Positions 10,343 through 22,920 of a DNA stretch of 64,000 nt are shown piece after piece. Each line of letters begins with the position of its first letter. The stretch's first letter is position 1. A model generated the notes under the pieces. It worked only from the letters and a program-made list of their open reading frames with translations, was not told the DNA's origin and made no database searches. Position numbers and translations under genes: made by a program. Origin of the DNA: an uncultured delta proteobacterium (GTDB lineage Bacteria; Desulfobacterota; Binatia; Binatales; Binataceae). The DNA is taken from positions 132,541 to 196,540 of the forward strand of contig CAWFGH010000009.1 of the NCBI GenBank assembly GCA_963815255.1, written 5' to 3'.

Positions 10343-11417
10343 GTCTGGTGAAGACAGTGCGTACTCTGGCTATATAGATTGGGCAATCTCGGATGGGTAT
10401 AAAGCTGGATTGTCCACGACTGTATAGAGCAACGAAAATGAATACCAGGGAAAGCACGGCCAATTGAGAAAGGATCAAAAGTAGTAATCCAGTTACGTAT
10501 GTAGCCCACCCCGGAATAGCGAGATCCGTGGTCAATTTGACGACCAACGCGGCGATTATAAAAGCGATGGTCAGAAGCCCGGCAAGCCCGCATAAAATAA
10601 GCAGGCGCACTCCTACCGTGTCGCCGAATACCGACATCGCGCTCAGACCGTGAACGACCAGCCCGACGAATCCCATCTTGGACTCGCCGACGAAGCGTCT
10701 CGAGCGGTCTATCGGAACCGTCGCGTACGGTAATTTCATCTTGACCACGGCGGCGGCATAGTGGTTCCAGAGATCGGAACTGACGACCAGCCGTTCCAGG
10801 ATCGAGGCGGGCAAAACGCTGAAGTTACCAAATCGAGGATCGAATCCGACCGCCAGGCGATGGATCGTCCGATAGAGCTTGTAGAAAAACTTGAACAGCA
10901 ACCCCTCCGCACGCAGGCCTCTGGCGGCAAAGATCACTTTGCGCTTGTTTTCGCCGATGAACTTCTCCAGCAGGCGAGGTATGTCGGAGGGAGCATCTTC
11001 GCCGTCGGCGTCCATAATCACGACAGGACCGGTCAAGTCGCTTTGCGCCAGGTGAACCAGGCCGACACACAGGGCGCGCTGATGTCCGAGGTTGGTTCTC
11101 AATTCCACGCTCTGGATCTGTTGTAAATGGCGCGGCGGAATCTTTGGAAATTGCTCTGGCACTGAATCGAGAGAACCGTCGTCAATAAACAGGAGACGAC
11201 CGCTTAACGCATATTCGCCGAAAACGGAATCGATCCGCTCGACGAGAAGCGCCGCCGCCGCCCAATCGTTGAAGACCGGCACTAGAATTGTCAGTGGAAG
11301 GAGGGACGGAAATTCCGCCTGGAGTTCACTATTGGAGGAGTGGGGATTCGGCTGCGGGGAGGACACGATGGTTCCAGTTGGTCGCAGAGTATATGCCGAC
11401 GCAAAAGCGCTTGCCAA
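10335..11417 (-). CDS. GT2 glycosyltransferase, GtrB/polyprenol-phosphate sugar synthase-like (start uncertain)
   Basis: LVPVFND, IDDGS, NLGHQRAL, MDADGED, RFVGESKM and two C-terminal TM helices. Confidence 0.85.
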   Translation of the reverse strand: MASAFASAYTLRPTGTIVSSPQPNPHSSNSELQAEFPSLLPLTILVPVFNDWAAAALLVERIDSVFGEYALSGRLLFIDDGSLDSVPEQFPKIPPRHLQQIQSVELRTNLGHQRALCVGLVHLAQSDLTGPVVIMDADGEDAPSDIPRLLEKFIGENKRKVIFAARGLRAEGLLFKFFYKLYRTIHRLAVGFDPRFGNFSVLPASILERLVVSSDLWNHYAAAVVKMKLPYATVPIDRSRRFVGESKMGFVGLVVHGLSAMSVFGDTVGVRLLILCGLAGLLTIAFIIAALVVKLTTDLAIPGWATYVTGLLLLILSQLAVLSLVFIFVALYSRGQSSFIPIRDCPIYIARVRTVFTRHG

Positions 11418-11485
11418 GTAAGATCAGAATTTGAACTATGGATGGCGGGGGGAATTCCGCCGTGCTATCCTGCGCCCCAGTTTTT

Positions 11486-11532
11486 CGTGCAGTTTTCTGG
11501 TTGAGGGGCGTGCAGTTTTTCTGGTTGAGGGG
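11486..11532 (+). repeat. Two-copy 23/24-bp tandem repeat in a divergent intergenic region
   Basis: CGTGCAGTTTTCTGGTTGAGGGG followed directly by CGTGCAGTTTTTCTGGTTGAGGGG. Confidence 0.85.
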
Positions 11533-11609
11533 GAGGAGCGGGGGGATTCGAATGGAAGGCTTCGCGCGGACAAAGGAAGCTTTCCTGCTCGCCGGCCGCG
11601 CCCGCACCG

Positions 11610-13848
11610 ATGTCTGACGCGAACGCCAATCCGCGCGCGCTCGACCGCGAAGCGCTTGGCGCCGTTCTCTTATATCTAACGCTTTCTTTTTTCTTTTTCG
11701 GGCGAGGACTGATAGGCCACTTTTCGACCTGGTACGTAGGCCGCGGTCCTGACCCGCCGCAGATGATTTGGTCGATGGCGTGGTGGGCGTATGCAATCGC
11801 TCATCGCGTCAATCCGTTCCTGACCAAAGTGCTGTTCGCACCGGTCGGCGCTAACCTAGCCTGGACGACCACCGCGGCGCTCGCGGCTTGGGCGGCTTTG
11901 CCGCTCACCCGGTCGATGGGACCTGTGGTCGCGTTTAATCTCCTGTGTTTGCTCGCACCAGCGCTGGCGGGATGGGCGGCGTTTGTTCTGTGCCGCTGGA
12001 TTACGCGTAGCTACTGGCCAGCGATAGCCGGCGGGTGGGTGTTCGGGTTTTCCGCGTACATCACATGTTCCCTGCGCACGCATTTGAACGATGCATTGAT
12101 CTTCCCGGTTCCGTTGGCGCTGTGGCTGGTGCTGCGCCGGCTGCGCGGTGAAATCGCCGTCGGCGGCTTCGTGGCGGGACTGGGTATTTTGATCGCCGCG
12201 CAATTCCTGCTTTTTCCGGAGATCGCGGCGAGCGCGAGCTTCATCGGCGCGCTGGCGCTCTTGCTGGGGTTGGCGCTCACCGCGGGCGATGTTCGTCGCA
12301 ATCTTGCGTGCCCTGATGAGGCCAGTACTGGCGGGCTACGCAGTCGCCGTGGCCCTACTCTCTCCTTACCTGTACTACATGTTCGCCTTCGCCCATGCGC
12401 GCGGATCAGTTCTTGACCCGGTCCTGTTCGGTGCTGACCTGCTGAGTTTTGTGATCCCCACCGCGGTCAATGAATTGGGACGGCCGTCGCCGATCGCTGC
12501 GATCGCGAGCACATACATGGCGAGTTTGACGGAGACCACTTCCTATCTCGCGTTGCCGTTGATCGTGATCGCCGTCTTGTTCGCGCGGGCGCGATTTCGC
12601 GAGCCGGTGGGGCGGATTCTGATTGAGCTGCTCCTCATCCTCTGCGTGCTTGCTTTGGGTTCGCGTGTCGTGGTCGCCGGACATCCGACGATCGCCGCTC
12701 CCTGGACCTTGCTTCTTCAGTTTCCGCTGCTCAACAAGATAGTGCCGATCCGTCTGATGGCGTATGCGTTTCTCGCGCTCGCGATAATTGTCGCGCTGTG
12801 GCTCGCCGCGGCCGACGTGCGCCCGTCGCACAAGTGGGTATTGGGCGTGGCGCTGGTGCCGTTCATGTTGCCCAATCTGTCGGCGCGATTCTGGAAAGCC
12901 CCGTTCGATATCCCGCCTTTCTTCTCGGCCGGTCTTTATCGGCAATACCTGGCACCCGATGAGATCGTGATGACTCTGCCGAATCCGATCTACGGCGACG
13001 GTATGCAGTGGCAACTGGCCACCGACATGTATTTTCGGCTGGCCGGCGGATATATCGGACTTTCGCCGCTGGCTCCGCCCGACTACGCGCGCTGGCCGAT
13101 CATGGCGGCGCTTTACGACGTCGCCGGCGTCCCGGACGCGGGCGACCAACTCAAGGCGCTGCTCGCGCACGAGCAGGTCGCTGCGATAATCGTGGGCCCA
13201 CAGAAATACTGGCTCAGCAAAAGCGAGAACGGCCGTCCGACGGCCGCGACCTGGGTGCGTACCCCGCCCTCCGACCAGGATCGAGCGGCGCTCCGCGATC
13301 TGCTTTCCACGCTCGGAGTGCAGCCGCTCGACGTCGGTGGCGTGACGCTCTATCGCATTCCGCCCGAGCGGCTCGCGCCGTATCTGCAAGTCACCGCGCT
13401 CGAGATGCAGCAGCGCTATGCGCGGGCGCGATTTGAAGTGCTGCTCGGCGCCGCCGAGAGATACGTTGCCGGCGGCGGAGACCTCGCGACGCTTGATGCG
13501 CACAAACCGCAGGTATTGAGCACGGCGCCACGATGGTTTGGCGGCCCCGCCTTTCCCACGCTCAACCCGAACAGGATGTTCCAGGTGCAATGGGCGCTCG
13601 GCCAATGGCATCCGGGCCGCGTGGCGATCGGCGTCGAAGGCTCGTACGAGGCTTTGCAGCCGCTGATCGCGCAGTACGGGCCCGATTCGACCGGTATCTA
13701 TTTTCCCTTCCCGCGCAAGCTCGCCGCGCCTTCGCCGTCGGAGCCTTCAGGCGACACCGGCGTCCCCGCTTTGATGGTGATGGAGTTCACGCGCGAAGGG
13801 CTGGCGAAAGCGGAGGCGCGCGTTGCACGGCCGAGCGTTCCGCCCTAA
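11610..13848 (+). CDS. Polytopic membrane protein, probable GT-C glycosyltransferase (apparent frameshift near 12304)
   Basis: TM1 is followed by a DPPQMIW loop, NPF...P.G.NLAW and about 12 hydrophobic helices. The C-terminal soluble part (M.WQ....FRLAGGY) continues in ORF 12289-13848. Confidence 0.6.
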
Positions 13849-13857
13849 GCTCGGCGC

Positions 13858-14463
13858 ATGGCCGTCCGCGTCGTCAGCGTCTATATAGACTACAAAAGCC
13901 CTTACGCCTACCTGGTCAAGGATCGGGCCTGGGAGTTGGAGCGCGAGTTCGACGTGCGGCTCGATTGGCTGCACTATACGCTCGAGATCCCGGAATTCCT
14001 CGGCACCGTCGAAGGCCGCAACGCCCATCAGTGGCGCCGTATCCGCTACAGCTACATGGACGCGCGCCGCCTGGCCAATCGCCGCGGCCTGACCGTGCGC
14101 GGCCCGCAGAAAATTTTCGATTCGTCGATTGCCGCGATCGGAATGCTCTACGCCGAGCGCCACGACGTCTTTCGCAAGTACAACGATCTGGTCTTCGAGC
14201 GCTTCTGGAAACGCGCGCTGGATATCGAAGACCGCGAAGCGATTCGAGCGGTTCTTTCGGAGGCCGGCGCGCCGGTCGCGGGCTTCTTTGATTTCCTCGA
14301 CGGCGACGGCCGTATCGCCCACGACCGGATTTGCCGCCAGGCCGAGGAAATCGGCGTATTCGGCGTGCCGACCTTCGTCGTCGACGGCGAGATTTTCTGG
14401 GGCGGCGATCGGCTCTGGATGGTGCGCGAGAAGCTTGGCGCGCCGCCACAGGCCGCGCAATAG
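13858..14463 (+). CDS. DsbA-like / 2-hydroxychromene-2-carboxylate isomerase (GST-kappa) family protein
   Basis: DYKSPYAY and GVFGVPTFVVDGEIFWGGDRL. Confidence 0.85.
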   Translation: MAVRVVSVYIDYKSPYAYLVKDRAWELEREFDVRLDWLHYTLEIPEFLGTVEGRNAHQWRRIRYSYMDARRLANRRGLTVRGPQKIFDSSIAAIGMLYAERHDVFRKYNDLVFERFWKRALDIEDREAIRAVLSEAGAPVAGFFDFLDGDGRIAHDRICRQAEEIGVFGVPTFVVDGEIFWGGDRLWMVREKLGAPPQAAQ

Positions 14464-14579
14464 TCCGCGCGAAAGTCTGGTTGATCGGGCGGACGCGTCG
14501 CGCCGGTTAGAAATCTTCGACGAAAACGCCCGACGGCGCGCGTCCCGGAGGCCGCACGAACGGCGAGGAGGAAAGTCTG

Positions 14580-15359
14580 GTGGAGCTCAGGGAGATCACA
14601 TTCGACAAGGCCGCCGTGGCGACGCTGACTGTAAACCGGCCCGCCGCGCTAAATGCGCTCAACCGCGTCGTGCTGGAGGATATCGCGCACGTGCTGGGCG
14701 AGGTCCGCCGCGATTCCGCCGTGCGCATACTGATCGTAACCGGCGCGGGCGACCGCGCCTTCGTCGCGGGCGCGGATATCGCCGCGATGTCCGAGATGGC
14801 TCCCGGCGAGGGACTGGAGTTCTCGCGGATGGGCCATCGCGTGATGCAAAGTTTCGAAGACCTGCCGATCCCGGTCATCGCCGCGGTCAATGGCTTCGCG
14901 CTCGGCGGCGGATTGGAACTGGCGATGGCGTGCGACCTGATAATCGCCAGCGAGAAGGCGCGCTTCGGCCAGCCCGAGATAAACCTCGCGCTCATTCCAG
15001 GCTTCGGCGGCACGCAGCGACTGCCGCATCGAATCGGCCACGCCCGCGCCCGCGAGTTCGTGATGACAGGCGACATGTTCGACGCAAAAACGGCGCTGGC
15101 GCTCGGGTTGGTGAACCAGGTGGTCGCGCCCGACGAATTGATGCCGACCGCGCGCAAGCTTGCCGAGCGGCTGGCCTCGAAGTCGGCCGTCGCACTGCGG
15201 CAGGCCAAGGCCGCGCTGCGCGCGTCGTTCACGATGGAGGAAGACGCCGGGTTGCGGTTCGAGCAGGAGGCCTTTGGACTGACTTTCGCCAGCGAGGACC
15301 GGGTCGAGGGCACACGCGCGTTCGTGCAGAAACGCGACCCCAAGTGGCAGCACAAATAG
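14580..15359 (+). CDS. crt: Enoyl-CoA hydratase (crotonase)
   Basis: AFVAGADI, GFALGGGLE, FGQPEINL and PGFGGTQRL (both catalytic Glu present). GAGGAGG RBS. Confidence 0.85.
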   Translation: MELREITFDKAAVATLTVNRPAALNALNRVVLEDIAHVLGEVRRDSAVRILIVTGAGDRAFVAGADIAAMSEMAPGEGLEFSRMGHRVMQSFEDLPIPVIAAVNGFALGGGLELAMACDLIIASEKARFGQPEINLALIPGFGGTQRLPHRIGHARAREFVMTGDMFDAKTALALGLVNQVVAPDELMPTARKLAERLASKSAVALRQAKAALRASFTMEEDAGLRFEQEAFGLTFASEDRVEGTRAFVQKRDPKWQHK

Positions 15360-15534
15360 GGTGCAGCGGGCCGCACAAATAGCTGTGAATGAAAGAAACC
15401 AGGCCCCAAACAGTCCGATCGCGGCCCGCTTGGCGAGTTTCTATCGATGCTCGCGGTCTACTAAGATAACGAGAGGGTGCCCGGCCGGGCCCGGCGCGAA
15501 CCCGGATGACGGTTAGCGATGGTCTTGGATAGTG

Positions 15535-16680
15535 ATGGATTTGGAACTCAACGAAGCTCAGCGCGCGGCGCGTGACACGGCGCGCCGCTTCGCCCGCGAG
15601 CGCCTGAGCACGGTCGGCGTCGAAGTCGACCGCAACCATAGCTTTCCCGCCGAGGCCGTCGCCGAACTGGGACGGCTCGGCATGATGGGCATCTTCATCC
15701 CCGAGCAGTACGGCGGCGCCGGCCTGGATCACATCAGCTACTCGCTGGTGATCGAGGAGCTGGGGGTCGAATGTTCCTCGACGGCGGTTATTCTTTCGGC
15801 GCATTCCTCGCTCGCGTCATGGCCGATTCTCGGCCTGGGTAACGAAGATCAACGCAAGCGCTACCTGCCGAAAATGGCGGCGGCTGAATGGATCGGATGT
15901 TTCGCGCTGACCGAGCCGCAAGCCGGCTCCGACGCCGCGGGCCAGCGCACTCGCGCCGTTCGGGACGGCGACAGCTACGTAATCAACGGGACCAAGAATT
16001 TCATCACCAACGGGCCCGAGGCTGGAGTGGCGATCGTTTTCGCCAACACCGATCCCTCGCAGGGCCATCGCGGCATCAGCGCCTTCATCGCCGAGACCTC
16101 GGATCCCGGCTACCAGGTGGTGCGGATCGAAGAGAAGATGGGAATTCGCGGCTCGCATAGCGCGCAACTCGCGTTCAGCGACCTGCGCGTGCCGGCCACC
16201 AACCTGATCGGCAAAGAGGGCGACGGCTTCAAGGTCGCGATGAAGACGCTCGACGGCGGCCGGATTGGAATCGCCTCGCAGGCGATCGGAATCGCGCGCG
16301 CGTCGCTCGAGGCGTCGTTGCGCTACTCCCAGGAACGTAAGAGCTTCGGCAAGCCGATCGCGAGCTACCAGGCGATTCAATGGAAGCTCGCCGACATGGC
16401 GGTCGAGATCGACGCGGCCCGACTGCTGACGCATCGCGCGGCCACGCTCAAGGACGCCGGCCAGCCTTGCACGACGCAATCGGCGATGGCAAAGCTCTTT
16501 GCAGCCGAGACCGCGATGAAGGCGGCGACCGAGGCGATTCAGATCCACGGCGGCTACGGCTACACCAAGGAATTCAAGGTCGAGCGTTACTTCCGTGACG
16601 CCAAGATCACGGAGATTTACGAAGGCACTTCGGAGATTCAACGGCTGATTATTTCGAGCCACGTACTTGAGGACCGGTGA
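15535..16680 (+). CDS. Acyl-CoA dehydrogenase (butyryl-CoA / short-chain type)
   Basis: [39 protein letters not shown] and [10 protein letters not shown]. Confidence 0.92.
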   Translation: MDLELNEAQRAARDTARRFARERLSTVGVEVDRNHSFPAEAVAELGRLGMMGIFIPEQYGGAGLDHISYSLVIEELGVECSSTAVILSAHSSLASWPILGLGNEDQRKRYLPKMAAAEWIGCFALTEPQAGSDAAGQRTRAVRDGDSYVINGTKNFITNGPEAGVAIVFANTDPSQGHRGISAFIAETSDPGYQVVRIEEKMGIRGSHSAQLAFSDLRVPATNLIGKEGDGFKVAMKTLDGGRIGIASQAIGIARASLEASLRYSQERKSFGKPIASYQAIQWKLADMAVEIDAARLLTHRAATLKDAGQPCTTQSAMAKLFAAETAMKAATEAIQIHGGYGYTKEFKVERYFRDAKITEIYEGTSEIQRLIISSHVLEDR

Positions 16681-16687
16681 AACAGGC

Positions 16688-18322
<1,635 letters not shown>

Positions 18323-18323
18323 C

Positions 18324-18728
18324 GTGGCGGAGAAACGGCTCAGAATTCTGGTCGCGAAGCCCGGGCTCGACGGACATGACCGCGGCGCGAAGATAATCGC
18401 GCGCGCCCTGCGTGACGGCGGCTTCGAGGTGATCTACACGGGGCTGCATCAGACGCCCGAGATGATCGCAGAGGCCGCAGTGCAGGAAGACGTCGACGCG
18501 GTTGGGCTGAGCATCCTGTCGGGCGCTCACATGACGCTGTTCCCGGAAGTGATGAGGCTCCTGAAGGAACGTGGCGCCGGCGACATCGCGGTCTTTGGCG
18601 GCGGAATCATTCCCGAAGATGACGCCAAAAAGTTGCGCGAGTTGGGCGTCAAAGAGGTCTTCACCCCCGGCGCCTCGACCGAGGATATCGTCAAATGGCT
18701 CCGCGAGAGCGTGCAGCCGCGCGAATGA
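18324..18728 (+). CDS. icmB: Cobalamin-binding small subunit of the acyl-CoA mutase
   Basis: [11 protein letters not shown] (DxHxxG), [16 protein letters not shown] and VFTPG. Confidence 0.8.
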   Translation: MAEKRLRILVAKPGLDGHDRGAKIIARALRDGGFEVIYTGLHQTPEMIAEAAVQEDVDAVGLSILSGAHMTLFPEVMRLLKERGAGDIAVFGGGIIPEDDAKKLRELGVKEVFTPGASTEDIVKWLRESVQPRE

Positions 18729-18747
18729 CCATGTTGGAATTTCTGCG

Positions 18748-19905
18748 ATGAACTTCGAGCTTAGCGACGAGCAACGCACGATTCGCGACACGCTGCGCCA
18801 GTTCGCCGAGCGCGAGATCAAGCCCAACTCGGCAAAGTGGGACAAAGAGGAAATCTTCCCGCGCGAGGTGATCGGCCATCTCGGCGAGCTCGGCTTCCTC
18901 GGCATCTCGTTTCCCGAGCGCTTCGGCGGCGGCGCCGCCGACACGCTAAGCCAGGCGCTGGTGGTCGAGGGACTGTCGCGCTACGACGCGTCGGTTGGGT
19001 TGACCTGCGCGGCGCACATGTCGCTCTCCAGCGGCCACATCAATCTGTTCGCCGCCGAGGAGCATCGCGCGCACTACCTGCCCGAGATGGTCGCGGCGAA
19101 AAAACTGGGCGCATGGTGCCTCACCGAACCCGGTTCGGGCTCCGATGCGGCCGCGATGCAGACCCGGGCGGTGCGCAAGGGCGACAACTTCGTTATCAAC
19201 GGCGCGAAGATGTTCATCACCAACGGCACCGTTGCCGACGTTTACGTCGTGATGGCGGTGACGGACGCGGAGAAGAAGCGCTCCGGCGTCTCGGCCTTCA
19301 TCGTCGAGCGCGGCACGTCCGGACTCTCAAACGGACGGCGAATCGAAAAGCTTGGGCTACGCGCCTCGGACACCGCCGAGGTGATTTTCGACAACGTCAC
19401 CGTGCCGGCGCGCAATCTGATCGGCGAGATAGGCGAGGGCTATAGCCAGACGCTCAAGGTGCTGGAGGGCGGCCGGATTGGAATCGCGGGCTTCGCCGCC
19501 GGAATCGCACGCGGCGCGTTCGAAGAGGCAACCGCCTACGCCAAGGAGCGCAAGCAGTTCGGCCAGCGGATCGCGGATTTCCAGGCGATCCAATGGATGC
19601 TGGCCGACATGGCGACGCGCATCGACGCCTCGTGGGTGCTGATGTGCCGTGCCGCGGAGCTCAAGGACAAGGGCAAGCCGTTCGGGCGCGAGGCCGCGAT
19701 GGCCAAGCTGTTCGCCTCGGAGACCGCGATGTGGACGACAATCAAGGCGGTGCAAATCCACGGCGGCTACGGCTACATGGCGGAATTCCCGGTCGAGCGA
19801 TTCATGCGTGACGCGAAGCTGGCGGAAATCGGCGAGGGCACCAGCGAGGTGCAGCGCATGATCATCGCGAAGTCTCTTCTGCGCGACGGCTATCTGCCCG
19901 CTTAG
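18748..19905 (+). CDS. Acyl-CoA dehydrogenase
   Basis: [33 protein letters not shown] and [11 protein letters not shown]. Confidence 0.92.
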   Translation: MNFELSDEQRTIRDTLRQFAEREIKPNSAKWDKEEIFPREVIGHLGELGFLGISFPERFGGGAADTLSQALVVEGLSRYDASVGLTCAAHMSLSSGHINLFAAEEHRAHYLPEMVAAKKLGAWCLTEPGSGSDAAAMQTRAVRKGDNFVINGAKMFITNGTVADVYVVMAVTDAEKKRSGVSAFIVERGTSGLSNGRRIEKLGLRASDTAEVIFDNVTVPARNLIGEIGEGYSQTLKVLEGGRIGIAGFAAGIARGAFEEATAYAKERKQFGQRIADFQAIQWMLADMATRIDASWVLMCRAAELKDKGKPFGREAAMAKLFASETAMWTTIKAVQIHGGYGYMAEFPVERFMRDAKLAEIGEGTSEVQRMIIAKSLLRDGYLPA

Positions 19906-19927
19906 GGGTTTCCTGTCCGAGTGCCAG

Positions 19928-19952
19928 TGTAGGGGCCGCTCGGGAGCGGCCT
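19928..19952 (+). repeat. GTAG-type REP, single copy
   Basis: TGTAGGGGCCGCTCGGGAGCGGCCT, same family as the copies at 3403 and 54567. Confidence 0.8.
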
Positions 19953-20033
19953 TTCTGCGTTTCTGAGTCACCGTGCGGCATCGCAAAAATCGCAACTGAT
20001 GCTAAAGAGGGGGGAGCAAGGGAGGATCCTCCG

Positions 20034-20792
20034 ATGAAAGTGCTATTCGAAAAGAAGGGACCGATCGCCTACGTCACGATCAATCGCCCCGAGCGGCTCA
20101 ACGCCTGCGACTTCGAAACATATGGGCGGCTTTCGCAAATCTGGCGCGAGTTCGGCGAGGATCCTGCTCTGCGCGTCGCGATCTTTACCGGCGCCGGCGA
20201 GCGCGCGTTTTGCGCCGGCAGCGATATCAAGTCCAACTACGTCGAGCGGCCCAACGAGGAACTGCTCGACGCGCCGTATCCGGTGATGTTCGAGCTGACC
20301 AAACCGATCATCGCGGCGATCAACGGCCACGCCAATGGGGGTGGGCTGGAACAGGCGCTCTGCTGCGACATCCGGGTGGCCGCCGATCATGCGCAGTTCG
20401 GACTCGGCGAGGTCCGTCTCGGATGGCTTCCCGGCGGCGGCGGCACGCAGCGCCTGCCGCGGCTGATTCCGCTCGGCCGCGCGCTCGAGATGCTTTACAC
20501 CGGCAATCGTATCGGCGCTGAAGAGGCGCTGCGCCTGGGATTGGTCGACCACGTGGTGCCGATGAGCCGGCTGATGGCGAAGTCCGAGGAAATCGCGACC
20601 GAAATCTGCAAGAGCGCGCCGCTCGCGGTGCAGCGGATCAAGCAGGCGGCGATGCGCGGACTCGACTTGCCGCTCGCCGACGGACTCAAGCTCGAGCGCG
20701 AGCTATACAAGTGGCTGCAGGGCACCGACGATGCGCGCGAGGGCGCGCTCGCCTTCGCCGAGAAGCGCGCCCCGCAGTGGAAAAATAAATAG
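20034..20792 (+). CDS. Enoyl-CoA hydratase/isomerase family protein
   Basis: AFCAGSDIK, GGGLEQAL, FGLGEVRLG and GGGTQRLPR. Confidence 0.9.
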   Translation: MKVLFEKKGPIAYVTINRPERLNACDFETYGRLSQIWREFGEDPALRVAIFTGAGERAFCAGSDIKSNYVERPNEELLDAPYPVMFELTKPIIAAINGHANGGGLEQALCCDIRVAADHAQFGLGEVRLGWLPGGGGTQRLPRLIPLGRALEMLYTGNRIGAEEALRLGLVDHVVPMSRLMAKSEEIATEICKSAPLAVQRIKQAAMRGLDLPLADGLKLERELYKWLQGTDDAREGALAFAEKRAPQWKNK

Positions 20793-20795
20793 TCG

Positions 20796-21596
20796 CTATT
20801 CTTCGTCGCGATCGGACGTGTCGTCGGACGTCGCGGGATCTTCGAGCAATTCTTCGAGAAGATCTTCGCGGATCGCCGCCAGATCGGCGCGATCCAGCCC
20901 GATACCTTCGCTCATGAAGGCCTCGATGCCGCCGGACTCGTCGATCAGTTCGAACACCGGCTCGAGTTGCGCCGCCGCCAGCGGCATTTTGGGAAACACC
21001 ACATTGCTCTCGAGGAAGTCGGCGACGATCCGCTCGCGGCTCACGCCTAACAATTCGAGCAGCATCGCCGCGCCCACCCCGGTGCGGTCACGCCCGGCGG
21101 AGCAATGAAAGAGCAGAGGATAGACATCGCGCTCGGCCAGGATGTTGAAGAACGTCCGCCAGTCCTCGCGAAAGTCGTGAAGAATCGAATGATGCTCGCG
21201 GCCGGGGATCAGGCTTATCGGCTCGCGCTCACGAAACCATCGATCGCCGATCGGGATATGCTCCCATCGCACCTCGCGCAACACGTCGGCGTGCGGCGGC
21301 CCGAGGATCGAAATCTCGGTGCGGCTCTGGAGCGTGACCACGGTGCGGAGCCCCGCCGACCTTATCGGGCTTTCCTCGGGAACCTCGGCCAGATGGGCCG
21401 AGCGAAAGATCATGTTGCTTCGTACGCGCTTGCCTTCGGCGGTGGGATGGCCGCCGAGGTCGCGGAAGTTGCGCCCGCCGTAGCGGCGCAACAGGCTGAA
21501 ATCGACGACGACCCTGCGCCCGGCGAGCTTGTCTTCGCCGGCGGCAGCTTTGGCCGCGGCCGCAGACTTGTTTTCAGCTTCGTTGTTGGTCGACAC
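20796..21596 (-). CDS. Tyrosine/serine protein phosphatase (IphP/MptpB-like); start uncertain
   Basis: NFRDLGG, IFRSAHL and the catalytic HCSAGRDRTG (CX5R). Confidence 0.85.
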   Translation of the reverse strand: MSTNNEAENKSAAAAKAAAGEDKLAGRRVVVDFSLLRRYGGRNFRDLGGHPTAEGKRVRSNMIFRSAHLAEVPEESPIRSAGLRTVVTLQSRTEISILGPPHADVLREVRWEHIPIGDRWFREREPISLIPGREHHSILHDFREDWRTFFNILAERDVYPLLFHCSAGRDRTGVGAAMLLELLGVSRERIVADFLESNVVFPKMPLAAAQLEPVFELIDESGGIEAFMSEGIGLDRADLAAIREDLLEELLEDPATSDDTSDRDEE

Positions 21597-21840
21597 GCAA
21601 GACCTATCAAGACATACGGTGAGACACGGCTTAAGCGCCGCTCCGCCCCGCATCATCCACATCATCAGTTTACCCTGTACGGGCGTCTGCGAAAAGTGCG
21701 CGAAACCTAGCCGTTTTGCCTGCGGATTATGCCTTCGTGAACGATTTGTTTTTCACGCGCGTGCGTTCGAGCGCTTCGCGCTCGACAGTCTCGGCGGCAT
21801 GGCGCTAGAAGGAATAGCCGCATCGAAGAGTAGGTGAAAA

Positions 21841-22839
21841 ATGGGCTATAAAATTGCACTCGGCGTCAACTGGCAGGGCAAGCCGGACTTCAAGGGAATG
21901 ATCGAGCGCGCCCGCGCCGCCGACGAGGCCGGCGCACATTCGATCTGGGTCGCCGAGGCGTGGGGCCGCGACGCTTTCACCAGCCTGACGCTGCTCGCCG
22001 AGCACACGCGGCGCATCGGCCTGGCAACCGGAATCGTCAACACCTACTCGCGCACGCCGGGCGCGCTCGCGCAGCATTTCGCGACGCTCGACGAACTGAG
22101 CGGCGGACGCATGATCATCGGGCTTGGCACCAGCGGACCGCAGGTGATCGAGCACTTCCATGGCGTCACGTTCAATCCGCCGCTCACCCGGATGCGCGAG
22201 TACGTCGATATCATCAACCTGCTAATGGCCGGTCAGCCGCTCAACTACGACGGCAAGCTGTTCAAGCTCAAGCGCGGGTTCACGCTTCGTTTCGAGCCGC
22301 CGCGCAAGCACATCCCGATCTGGATCGCGTCGCTCAACCAAAAGAGCGTCGAGTTCACCGCGCAAAAGGCCGACGGATGGCTGCCGGTGATGATTCCGCT
22401 CGGGCGGCTCAAGGAATCGATCGCAGATTTCCGCGCGGTGGCGGCGAGTGCCGGGCGCGATCCCAAATCCGTCGCGGTGAAATCGCCGAGCACGATTCAT
22501 GTGACCAACAATCCAGATCGCGCGCGCGCCGGCCAGGCTGGCACGCTGTCGTTCTATGTCGCGCGGATGGGCACCTTCTATGGCGAGCAGCTCACGCGAT
22601 TCGGCTTCGGCGACGACGTGCGCAGGATTCGCGAGGCGTGGGCGGCGGGCGGCTCGAAGGCCGGGACCGAGGCGGTCTCGCGCCGGTTGATGGACGAGAT
22701 GGGCTACGCCGGCGACATCGCCGGCGCGCGCGAGCGACTTGCTGCTGAGGCCGAGGCGGGCGCCGACCTGCATCGCGTAGAAGTCGATGCGCCCGACCTC
22801 GCCGGCTACGAGCGCACGCTCGCGGCGCTGGCGGCGTGA
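21841..22839 (+). CDS. LLM-class flavin/F420-dependent oxidoreductase
   Basis: WVAEAWGRDAF, ATLDELSGGR, GLGTSGPQVIE and ADGWLP. Confidence 0.85.
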   Translation: MGYKIALGVNWQGKPDFKGMIERARAADEAGAHSIWVAEAWGRDAFTSLTLLAEHTRRIGLATGIVNTYSRTPGALAQHFATLDELSGGRMIIGLGTSGPQVIEHFHGVTFNPPLTRMREYVDIINLLMAGQPLNYDGKLFKLKRGFTLRFEPPRKHIPIWIASLNQKSVEFTAQKADGWLPVMIPLGRLKESIADFRAVAASAGRDPKSVAVKSPSTIHVTNNPDRARAGQAGTLSFYVARMGTFYGEQLTRFGFGDDVRRIREAWAAGGSKAGTEAVSRRLMDEMGYAGDIAGARERLAAEAEAGADLHRVEVDAPDLAGYERTLAALAA

Positions 22840-22850
22840 TCCGAAACAGT

Positions 22851-22879
22851 TTGCCAGTCACGAGACGCGGCGCTATACG
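22851..22879 (+). promoter_or_regulatory. Candidate sigma70 promoter for the alcohol dehydrogenase
   Basis: TTGCCA-17 nt-TATACG, about 40 nt before an AGGAGG RBS and ATG 22921. Confidence 0.45.
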
Positions 22880-22920
22880 AAAGGTTGACCGCACGCAGGA
22901 TTCGCTTCAAGGAGGACAAG

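Noticed and set aside
11532-11552. tRNA gene
   Set aside because: Only a T-loop/3'-end-like fragment; no D arm, anticodon arm or pairing 5' strand.
21736-21757. CGTGAA-N10-TTCACG as a Rex or CRP site
   Set aside because: The spacing fits neither consensus, and 6-bp arms can occur by chance.
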